DNA from: an uncultured Ohtaekwangia sp.
GTDB lineage: Bacteria > Bacteroidota > Bacteroidia > Cytophagales > Cyclobacteriaceae
Assembly: GCA_964429845.1 (NCBI GenBank)
Contig: CAYSCT010000012.1
Span: forward strand, 18,412-82,411
Direction: 5' to 3'
DNA: 64,000 nt
Shown: in pieces, positions 49,491-57,798 of the stretch
Numbering within the stretch: the stretch's first letter is position 1
Layout of the letters: every line of letters starts with the position of its first letter
Translations under genes and position numbers: made by a program
The notes under the pieces: model-generated
Seen by the model: the letters and a program-made list of their open reading frames with translations, nothing else
What the model was told of the DNA's origin: nothing
Databases searched by the model: none

Positions 49491-50120
49491 TCAGTTGGTA
49501 GCGGCTTTCAGTTCGCCCCGCAGCAATTGGTTGTATTCTGAGCAGTGCAGGTAGCCCGTTTTGTTGCAGTAGCCGCAGGTTTTATAGGTTTCGCCCAGGT
49601 ACGTTTTGCGAATGATAACGGTGGATCCATTGCACACGGGGCATACCACTTTGCCCGAAGGGCCGCAGTCAATTTCAAAATCACGCGACAGCAGATCGAG
49701 CGCCTGGTTTGCTTCCCTTTGCTTCTGCTGCAGCACCATCTGTTCTGCTTTTTTCAGCCAGTCTACCGCTTCTTGCGAATATTGGCCCGTGGTGCCTTTC
49801 AACTGAATGTATTTGTTCAGCCAGTCCACACTTTGTGCGTACTTGCCCAGGAGGTAGGAGTTGCGCCCGAAGTGGTAGGTGAGATCAGAGGGGATGCTTC
49901 GCAAGTTTTTCAGTACATACACATACTTCTCGTCTGCGGCCGCATATTGTTCGGCATCTGTCAACAAAATGGCCGAGTCTAACTGCACGCGCACGGCTCT
50001 TTGCTGTTGCACTTGTCGCTCGGCTTCCATCTGTCGTATTTTTTCGCGCTCGGCTTCCTGCTGTGCTGCCGTTGGCAGCGTTGTCATCAACGCAAAGGCT
50101 ATCGTCAGATAATACTTCAT
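49491..50120 (-). CDS. Exported TPR-like protein with C-terminal DnaJ-type Cys-rich zinc finger
   Basis: Signal peptide (AA-QQ), one or two TPR helix pairs, CPVCNGS...CGYCNKTG. Confidence 0.75.
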   Translation of the reverse strand: MKYYLTIAFALMTTLPTAAQQEAEREKIRQMEAERQVQQQRAVRVQLDSAILLTDAEQYAAADEKYVYVLKNLRSIPSDLTYHFGRNSYLLGKYAQSVDWLNKYIQLKGTTGQYSQEAVDWLKKAEQMVLQQKQREANQALDLLSRDFEIDCGPSGKVVCPVCNGSTVIIRKTYLGETYKTCGYCNKTGYLHCSEYNQLLRGELKAATN

Positions 50121-51133
50121 TCGTTCAATTTAAAATCGTTCTTCGACATGTTCAGCCACGCCAGGGCGGCTCCGTGAAAAATGTCTTCCTTCTGTTTTTT
50201 TGTGAGATTCATCTCTTCAATAAACCTGCCAATCTCCAGATCGCCCAGCGGGAAAGGATAATCTGAACCTAAGGTAATCTTTTCGCTGCCAATCAGTTTG
50301 ATTACATATTCCAGTATCAGTGGGTCGTGCGTTACACTGTCTACCCAGAATTTGCCCAGATAGCTTCTGGGAGGCACGGGATTGTCGATGGCCACCAGGT
50401 CGGGGCGGCAATCGAAACCGTGCTGTATGCGGCCGATGGTAGGCAGGAAAGAGCCACCCGCGTGGGCAAAGTTTACACGTAGTTGGGGCAACCGTTCAAA
50501 GACACCACCAAAGAGCATCGAGCAAATAGCACGTGAAGTTTCTGCCGGCATGCCCACCAGCCAGGGCAGCCAGTAGCGCTGCATGTTCTTTTCGCCCATC
50601 ATGTTCCAGGGGTGCACCAATACGGCCATGTTCAGCTTTTCGCACGCCTCAAACACGGGGAAAAAGCGCTCCTCATTCAGGTTTTCCTCGTTGATGTTGG
50701 AGCCAATCTGTATGCCTCTTAAACCTATTGATTTGCAGCGCTCTAACTCCCTCACAGCCAGCTCAGTATCATGCATGGGCAAAGTGCCCAAACCCACATA
50801 TTGGTGCGGGTATGCTTTGGCCAGTTCTGCCAGGTGGTCGTTCAAAAACCGCGACAGGTCGAGGCAGTCCAGCGGCTTGGCCCAGTACGAAAACATAACG
50901 GGTATGGTGCACACCACCTGCACCTGCGTATTGAACTGCCTGTATTCTTCTATGCGAATATCCGGAGCCCAGCAGTTTTCTTTGATCTCGCGGAAGAATT
51001 GGTTGCCGCGCATCATCTTGGCGAAGCCCTTCTTGTGGTGCTGCAGGTAGATGAAATCGCCATAACCAAACTTCTCGCTCCAGTTGGGCATTTTCTTGGG
51101 CAGAATGTGTGTATGGCTATCAATTTTCAGCAT
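50117..51133 (-). CDS. Amidohydrolase_2 family: 2-amino-3-carboxymuconate-6-semialdehyde decarboxylase (ACMSD)-like
   Basis: IDSHTHILP, LVHPW, WLVGMPAET, AHAGGSF, GSDYPFPLG; start set at ATG 51133. Confidence 0.88.
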   Translation of the reverse strand: MLKIDSHTHILPKKMPNWSEKFGYGDFIYLQHHKKGFAKMMRGNQFFREIKENCWAPDIRIEEYRQFNTQVQVVCTIPVMFSYWAKPLDCLDLSRFLNDHLAELAKAYPHQYVGLGTLPMHDTELAVRELERCKSIGLRGIQIGSNINEENLNEERFFPVFEACEKLNMAVLVHPWNMMGEKNMQRYWLPWLVGMPAETSRAICSMLFGGVFERLPQLRVNFAHAGGSFLPTIGRIQHGFDCRPDLVAIDNPVPPRSYLGKFWVDSVTHDPLILEYVIKLIGSEKITLGSDYPFPLGDLEIGRFIEEMNLTKKQKEDIFHGAALAWLNMSKNDFKLNE

Positions 51134-51466
51134 GAGGCGCAAAAACAATTTCGAAATATGAGGTTTTTTTTGATGGCCTTCAACACAGGTGCGATGGCGA
51201 TTCTTACCTTTAAAAGTTTATGACTCTTGGGCCGGCAGGTGTAGACCGGGTGTGCGAGTGTTTTTTTGCCAGCCCGAGGGGCACCGGTCTTTCAAGTGCA
51301 ACTCCTATTTCCTTTGTAATTGATTCGGTAGGCCTTTAAACGATTAAAAATGAGAGAATACCCGAGCACCACTGTGTTTGTTTGGGTACTTCATTGCTAA
51401 GTTTGAGAATTACTCCAAAGCGATTTGCAAAAATTGCGATAGTCGTGGGCCAGATCACGCATGTGT

Positions 51467-52069
51467 TTACATACCACTTGAGATAAAATCACCGAGATAC
51501 GAGCGGCTCGTTTGTTCCGCCAGCCCGCAATCCCTCAAGACAGATTTCCAGTCGGGCAGAGATTTGTTTTTTAGGCCAGTAGTCAGCCGGAAAAATTGGT
51601 ACATCCACGAGAGCTGGCAGCGATGCCACCATTTTGTTTTTTGGAAGTCGTTGATCAGCCAGAGGGTTTTACCATGGCCATGGTTTTTCAGTTGGCGGAT
51701 CAATAACATCAGGTCCGTATCACTAAACAGATCCAACACGCAAAACAGCACAATGGCATTGTAGGTGGCAGGCGGTATTTCATGCTGCGTGCCCTCTACA
51801 AAATCAACACGCCCGTTGCCCGAAGCATATCTTTTTGCCAGGCGAAGCATCTGTTCAGATGGTTCCATAAATGTGACGTGCGCACCCGGATTTTGACGGT
51901 ATAAAAATGGCAACCACCAACCTGTGCCACCACCTAAAACCAGCACTCGGGCATTGGGCGGTACGAAAGGTAACAGGTAGCGTTGGGCTTTCTGCAATTG
52001 CCCAACAAAGGCAATTCGCGTCAGTGGGTCGTACACGGCAGCCAGCCGGTCGTAGCCATTTGCAGGCAC
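51467..52069 (-). CDS. Class I SAM-dependent methyltransferase
   Basis: VLVLGGGTGW motif I, MEPS..ML..A. Confidence 0.8.
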   Translation of the reverse strand: MPANGYDRLAAVYDPLTRIAFVGQLQKAQRYLLPFVPPNARVLVLGGGTGWWLPFLYRQNPGAHVTFMEPSEQMLRLAKRYASGNGRVDFVEGTQHEIPPATYNAIVLFCVLDLFSDTDLMLLIRQLKNHGHGKTLWLINDFQKTKWWHRCQLSWMYQFFRLTTGLKNKSLPDWKSVLRDCGLAEQTSRSYLGDFISSGM

Positions 52070-52072
52070 CTT

Positions 52073-53437
52073 TTATATTTTGTTAGGATCGGGATGTACC
52101 CACGGCTGCCGGTATTTGCGCTGTAACAATTGTGTGGCTTCCGCATCGCCTGGAATAGTGCGAGTTTTCGGATCGTACGACAGCGGACGACCCAATTCCA
52201 TCGACAGATTGGCGATGATACAGCTTGCGGTAGAAATGTGTCCTTCTTCAATATCGGCAACGGGCCTGCCTTTTTCTTCAATGGCTTTCAGGAAGTTCAG
52301 CATCTGTCCGCGGGTAGCGGGTGCAGCGTTCAGCTCAATGGCTTTTTCTTGCAGATCTTCCGGATACTTTTCTTTTTCGAACAATACGTCCTGATGGATC
52401 TTTTCTCCTTTGCCTACCGGGGTGAAATCGTATTGCATGGTGCTGCATGCCAGCGTTCCCTTGTCTCCATAAATCTTGTAAGACCACGGGTATTCCGGAT
52501 CGGCCGGTGTGCCCCAGGAGCGGTGCTGCCACACGCAGTTCAGGTCATCATATTCAAACACCGCGGACTGTGTGTCTGCAATATTTGATTTTCCTTCTTT
52601 CTGAACATAAATACCGCCCGTTGCGGAGATGCGCTTCGGCCAGCCGAGGTTCAGCATCCATCGGGTGGCATCGAACATGTGTACGCACATGTCGCCCATA
52701 ATGCCGTTGCCATATTCCATAAATGTTCTCCACCAGCGCACATGGGGAATGCCATCGTACGGGCGTAGGGGAGCAGGCCCGGTCCACATTTCATAATCCA
52801 GGAAGTCGGGCACCGGCTCAACGGGTGGGTTGCCGTTGTTGCGCATGTGGAAATAGCAGCACATTTCCACATGCGAGATTTTACCCAGCATACCGGTGTC
52901 GATGATTTTTTTCTTCGCATCCAGTAAGTGTGGTGTGCTTCTACGCTGCAGACCCACCTGCACCACTTTGTTGTACTTGCGGGCCGCAGCCACCATGGCT
53001 TCGCCTTCTATTACGTCTACGCTAATGGGTTTTTGTACGTACACATGTGCACCGGATTGAATGGCCTCAATGGTGGTGAGTGCGTGCCAATGGTCGGGTG
53101 TGCCCACCAACACAATATCGGGTTTGGTTTCACGCAGCAATTTTCGGTAGTCGCCAAAGAGGGCGGGCACCTTACCTTTTTGCTTTTCGCTTACCATTTT
53201 GCCCGCTTCGGCCAGCATGTTCTTGTCTACATCGCACAGTGATACTACCTCTACCGGTGCCACTTGCATCAATCGGAAGAGATCGCTCTTACCATACCAG
53301 CCCGTGCCAATCAGGGCCACCCTTCGCACCTGGGGCTGGTAAACAATGTCCATGGCATTTGCGCCCAGGCTGGCCATTGCCAGCGAGGCGGTGGCGCCTT
53401 TCAGAAACTGCCTGCGGTTGATGTGGAAGTGGTGCAT
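52073..53437 (-). CDS. Tat-exported Gfo/Idh/MocA oxidoreductase
   Basis: NRRQFLK twin-arginine signal, GTPDHWH, QKP, DMCVH. Confidence 0.92.
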   Translation of the reverse strand: MHHFHINRRQFLKGATASLAMASLGANAMDIVYQPQVRRVALIGTGWYGKSDLFRLMQVAPVEVVSLCDVDKNMLAEAGKMVSEKQKGKVPALFGDYRKLLRETKPDIVLVGTPDHWHALTTIEAIQSGAHVYVQKPISVDVIEGEAMVAAARKYNKVVQVGLQRRSTPHLLDAKKKIIDTGMLGKISHVEMCCYFHMRNNGNPPVEPVPDFLDYEMWTGPAPLRPYDGIPHVRWWRTFMEYGNGIMGDMCVHMFDATRWMLNLGWPKRISATGGIYVQKEGKSNIADTQSAVFEYDDLNCVWQHRSWGTPADPEYPWSYKIYGDKGTLACSTMQYDFTPVGKGEKIHQDVLFEKEKYPEDLQEKAIELNAAPATRGQMLNFLKAIEEKGRPVADIEEGHISTASCIIANLSMELGRPLSYDPKTRTIPGDAEATQLLQRKYRQPWVHPDPNKI

Positions 53438-53629
53438 GGTCGGTGTGGTTAGGTATGAAATTAAAAATAAGGCATCGCAGTGGAACGAGCAACAACAAAT
53501 TGCTGAACAGCAGGTGCTGCGACATATGCTTGCTAACTCAAAGCCACCCCAACTGTATTTTTTCCATTGTCGCGAATTGCTTTGTTATTATTCCGCAATA
53601 GCCGTATCATTCAATGAAAAAATAAGCCC

Positions 53630-56600
53630 ATGCGCCTAATATCGTTTGTCTTGCTATTGTTTTTCACCGTGCAAGGCCGTGCACAAAAAATAGCGCCTGA
53701 ATTTTACCAAGAACTGAAATACCGTTGCATTGGCCCCTTCAGGGCAAGCCGCACGGTAGGGGCCACGGGCATACCCACCCAACCTAATGTTTTCTTTATG
53801 GGTGTGAATAACGGAGGGGTTTGGAAGACCGATGACTATGGCCGCACCTGGCAACCGATTTTTGACAGTGCACCCACAGGTTCCGTGGGCGACATTGCCG
53901 TTTCACCCTCACAGCCTGACGTTATTTATGTGGGAAGCGGGGAAGGCCTTCACCGACCCGACCTGGGTGTAGGTGATGGTATTTTCAAATCAATAGATGG
54001 TGGCAAAACCTGGCAGCATGTAGGCTTACCCGATGTGCAGCAGGTGGGCAGAGTAATTGTTCACCCCACTAATCCCGATTTGGTTTTTGTGGCAGGCCTG
54101 GGGCATCCGTACGGACCCAACGAAGAGCGGGGTGTGTTCCGGTCGCGCGATGGTGGAAAGAATTGGGAGAAGGTGCTCTACGTCAACCACAACACCGGGG
54201 CCATGCAGGTAGAATTCCATCCCACCCAAACAAACATACTCTTTGCCACCCTGTGGGAGCACCGCGAAGGTCCCTGGGAAAACGCATCTTTTTCAGGTCC
54301 GAACAGTGGCCTTTTTCAATCGACCGATGGAGGCACTACCTGGCAGAAGATAACGCAAGGGCTGCCTACTGCGCAACAAGGGCTGGGCAGAATAGGCTTT
54401 GCTATTTCGAATAGCAACCCGCAACGCATGTATGCATCAGTAGATGCGCGCGAAAAGGGCGGCATCTACCGAAGCGATGATGGCGGCCTGAATTGGTACG
54501 TGGTAACGGCCGACCGCAGGATATGGGGGAGAGGGAGCGACTTTGCCGAAGTGAAGGTACACCCCACCAACCCCGATGTGGTATTTTCGGCAAATATTGC
54601 TGCCTACCGTTCGGATGACGGAGGCAAAACCTGGATGTCGATAAAAGGCGCCCCGGGTGGCGATGACTACCACCGCATCTGGATCAACCCGCTGCAGCCC
54701 GACATCATGTTATTTGCAGCAGATCAAGGTGCCGTCATTACCGTGAATGGCGGGCGAACCTGGAGTTCGTGGTACAACCAGCCAACGGCACAGCTTTACC
54801 ACGTTACTGCCGATAACCAGTTTCCGTACTGGGTATATGGTGGGCAGCAGGAGAGTGGCGCCATTGGCATTGCCAGTCGCGGGGCAGGGGGCCAAATCTC
54901 CTTCCGCGATTGGATGGGCGTAGGTGCCGATGAATATGCCTATGTGGCACCCGACCCGAAAAATCCAGACATCATATATGGAGGTCGCGTTACCCGTTTC
55001 AACAAACAAACCGGGCAAACCCAGAATGTGGCGCCCGAAGCGTTGCGGTCGGGCCAATACCGGTTGCTCAGAACCCTCCCGTTGATGTTTCACCCGGCCG
55101 ATCCAGATGCGTTGTTGTTTGCCACCAATGTGCTGTGGAAAACCACTACCGGTGGCCAACATTGGGAGGTGATCAGTCCCGACCTTACCCGAAGAGAGAA
55201 TGATGTACCGGAGAGCATTGGCGATTTCAGAACCGAAGCCATGGCCCAGCGCGCGGTGATCTATGCATTGGCTCCCTCGCCACTGGAAAAGAACCTGATC
55301 TGGGCAGGCACAGACGATGGCCTGGTGCATGTTACCCAAGACGGTGGCAAAACCTGGAAGAACGTAACCCCTGCCGGCCTGAGGCAGTGGGACAAGATCG
55401 CCCAGATAGACGCAGGCCATTTCGATAAGAATACCGCCTACATTGCGGTAAATGCCATCCGGAAGGATGACATGACGCCACACGTTTATCGCACCCACGA
55501 TGGTGGCGCTACCTGGCAGGAGATCACGCAAGGTATGGCGCCCATGGGGCCGGTAAACGTAGTGCGCGAAGACCCGAGGCAACGCAACCTTTTGTATGCA
55601 GGCACCGAAAGAGAAGTTTACTTTTCGGTGGATGACGGAGCGAACTGGCAATCGCTACGCAATAACATGCCGGCATATTCGGTGCGAGACCTGGTGATAC
55701 ATGAAAACGACCTGGTGGTGGGCACGCATGGACGATCTATCTGGATCATGGACGACATCAGCCCGTTGCGGAGCCTGGCGTCTTTGAACGGGCGCCAACC
55801 TTTTCTCTTTCCGCCCGCGCAGGCCACGCGCGTGCGGCACAATCATTTTCTGGATACGCCCTTGCCACCCGAAGAGCCTACCGGCAGCAACCCGCCCGAT
55901 GGCGCAGTGATTGACTATTGGCTGCCCACGCCAGCCGCCCAGGTGCAAGTGGACATTGTGAGTGAGGCCGGTGAGTTGATTCGCACGTACCGCAGCACCG
56001 ACAGCCCCGAGCAGATTGATACCACCGCGCTGCCACACCCCACGTACTGGATACGCCAGCCGCAGAAGTTGGGCGTTGCCCGCGGCCAGCACCGGATAAC
56101 GTGGGACATGCGCTATGCACCTCCGCGTGGTGCGCAGCGTCAGTTTGCCATTGCGGCCGTCTATCGCAATACACCCAGTGGCCCCGAGGGCCCATGGGCC
56201 ATGCCTGGAAACTACCGCGTACGCCTCACGGTGGATGGACAAGTGATGGAACAAACACTCAAACTAAGACTCGACCCCCGGGTACAAATAAGTCAAACTG
56301 ATTTACAGCAGCAGGCGGAGCTTTCTTTGGTGTGTTACCGGCACTACCATACCCTGCAACAATTGCGCGAAACGATAGACCAACAGTTGCAGGAAACCAA
56401 GAAGAAGTGGCCGAAGGGCAGGAGGGAAGCGCTGTTGGTTTACAGAGGTTTGGGGGCCCCAGAAAACCCGGACATCATGTATGGAAGCATTTTAGATACC
56501 CCCGCAGATAAGGAGACCCTTGTGGGCCTGCAGGACAAATTTTTGCATGTGATGGCTTTGTTGCAAAGCGCAGATGCACCACCCACCGAGTCCATGCGGA

Positions 56601-56668
56601 ACGCCATCGTTACGCTGACAGAACGCTTGGAAGCCTTCAGGCAACGTGGTGCGCCCTTGTTGAAATAG
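53630..56668 (+). CDS. VPS10/sortilin-like BNR-repeat exported protein
   Basis: Repeated S/T-x-D-G-G-x-T/N-W Asp-box motifs, GGDDYH, GTHGRSIWI. Confidence 0.88.
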   Translation: MRLISFVLLLFFTVQGRAQKIAPEFYQELKYRCIGPFRASRTVGATGIPTQPNVFFMGVNNGGVWKTDDYGRTWQPIFDSAPTGSVGDIAVSPSQPDVIYVGSGEGLHRPDLGVGDGIFKSIDGGKTWQHVGLPDVQQVGRVIVHPTNPDLVFVAGLGHPYGPNEERGVFRSRDGGKNWEKVLYVNHNTGAMQVEFHPTQTNILFATLWEHREGPWENASFSGPNSGLFQSTDGGTTWQKITQGLPTAQQGLGRIGFAISNSNPQRMYASVDAREKGGIYRSDDGGLNWYVVTADRRIWGRGSDFAEVKVHPTNPDVVFSANIAAYRSDDGGKTWMSIKGAPGGDDYHRIWINPLQPDIMLFAADQGAVITVNGGRTWSSWYNQPTAQLYHVTADNQFPYWVYGGQQESGAIGIASRGAGGQISFRDWMGVGADEYAYVAPDPKNPDIIYGGRVTRFNKQTGQTQNVAPEALRSGQYRLLRTLPLMFHPADPDALLFATNVLWKTTTGGQHWEVISPDLTRRENDVPESIGDFRTEAMAQRAVIYALAPSPLEKNLIWAGTDDGLVHVTQDGGKTWKNVTPAGLRQWDKIAQIDAGHFDKNTAYIAVNAIRKDDMTPHVYRTHDGGATWQEITQGMAPMGPVNVVREDPRQRNLLYAGTEREVYFSVDDGANWQSLRNNMPAYSVRDLVIHENDLVVGTHGRSIWIMDDISPLRSLASLNGRQPFLFPPAQATRVRHNHFLDTPLPPEEPTGSNPPDGAVIDYWLPTPAAQVQVDIVSEAGELIRTYRSTDSPEQIDTTALPHPTYWIRQPQKLGVARGQHRITWDMRYAPPRGAQRQFAIAAVYRNTPSGPEGPWAMPGNYRVRLTVDGQVMEQTLKLRLDPRVQISQTDLQQQAELSLVCYRHYHTLQQLRETIDQQLQETKKKWPKGRREALLVYRGLGAPENPDIMYGSILDTPADKETLVGLQDKFLHVMALLQSADAPPTESMRNAIVTLTERLEAFRQRGAPLLK

Positions 56669-56743
56669 CGTGCTGTGTTGGCCGGGATAAATACTCCCTT
56701 CTGAGGGATTGATGAAGAGTAGATCGGTTACCACTTTGCCTGC

Positions 56744-57448
56744 ATGAAAACCCATCTACTTTCCAGCGACCGTGCCATGATGGTAAGGGCGGGGGCCATC
56801 GCATGCTGGCTTTCGGCTGTTACCACCATCGGTATCCACGCCTTTTTTCAATATAGCGCCACTACTTTCGAAGAACGGCTTATGCTGTTTCAAAACACTA
56901 CCTACCTGGCAAACCGCTGGTGGGTGATGGTGCACTGCCTGCTGGCGATCGTAGGGATGTGGGGCTTTTTGCTCGTGCAATGGAAAAAGGCCGGAGCCAC
57001 CGCTGGGCTGGGTTTTGTCTTCTTTGTGATTTTCGGAGTGGCAGAAATTTTCAGACAACTCGCGGTATTGTTTTACCTCAACGGCATGCGCCAACAATAC
57101 CTGCTTACCGATCAGGCGGAGACAAAGGCTTTCCTGGCACAGCAACTCGATTTGTTCGGGCTGATGTCGTACCCGCTCTTCGGGCTCTTCATTCTGGCAT
57201 TCGCGCTGGGCAACTTTTTCTACGGCTTGAGCCTGCGGCACGAGTCGGGCTTCGGAAAAGCATTGAGTGTGTTGCTCCTGCTGTGGGCAGCAGGAAGCTT
57301 CGCGGCCTTCGGTAACGCGTTTTGGAAAATCCCCTGGCTGTCGGATTTTCTGCCCCATTATAACTTGTGGTACCAGCCCTTAATGCGCGTGTTGCTGGGC
57401 TTTTGGCTATGGCGGGCCGTTACCCGGCAAGAACAGGTAGTGCAATGA
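56744..57448 (+). CDS. Hypothetical multi-pass membrane protein
   Basis: About six or seven hydrophobic helices; co-oriented with its neighbours. Confidence 0.7.
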   Translation: MKTHLLSSDRAMMVRAGAIACWLSAVTTIGIHAFFQYSATTFEERLMLFQNTTYLANRWWVMVHCLLAIVGMWGFLLVQWKKAGATAGLGFVFFVIFGVAEIFRQLAVLFYLNGMRQQYLLTDQAETKAFLAQQLDLFGLMSYPLFGLFILAFALGNFFYGLSLRHESGFGKALSVLLLLWAAGSFAAFGNAFWKIPWLSDFLPHYNLWYQPLMRVLLGFWLWRAVTRQEQVVQ

Positions 57449-57505
57449 CATTCGTCAGCACCGGGTAGCGTTGCCACTGCTAGTTTCGTTTCATTAAACG
57501 AAGAG

Positions 57506-57706
57506 ATGATGAAACGATTGGTCATTACCCTGAAAAAACGCGTGGACCCCTAGCACAAGCTCATCGCTACCGAATGGATCACAGAAGAAGAAATCAAGAT
57601 CATCCGCAAAAAGTACGGCAGCCAGTTCGATCCCGATGAACCGGTTATTCAATCCCTCACCGATCAGTTGATGCTGGTTTCGTTTACGGTCTGGATTCAC
57701 GAGTAA
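57506..57706 (+). pseudogene. 66-codon ORF interrupted by an in-frame TAG at codon 16
   Basis: MMKRLVITLKKRVDP*HKLIATEWITEEEIKIIRKKYGSQFDPDEPVIQSLTDQLMLVSFTVWIHE*; hand-translated. Confidence 0.5.
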
Positions 57707-57798
57707 ACTCCGCTCACAGGGTTAAAAGAGCGCCTAAAAAAGGCTTGTTCAAATAAGCCCTTCTTTTTGCCTTACTTGCAGTAAACAAGGTTCGCAAA

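Noticed and set aside
51226-51290. HDV-like ribozyme, because GGCCGGCA resembles the HDV 5' end
   Set aside because: There is no P3/L3 (UCCUCG-like) element and no room for P1.1, P4 and J4/2 on either strand
53455-53601. 48-aa Cys-rich ORF (MKLKIRH...CCDIC...) in a divergent promoter region
   Set aside because: No signal or leader features and no nearby modifying enzyme; it sits where two promoters must lie, so it is probably chance
57551-57553. Pyrrolysine decoding of the TAG
   Set aside because: No pyl genes are in the window and the context is not a methylamine methyltransferase; nothing supports it
57494-57700. 68-aa minus-strand ORF in the track
   Set aside because: It is antisense to the more protein-like, co-oriented amber-interrupted frame
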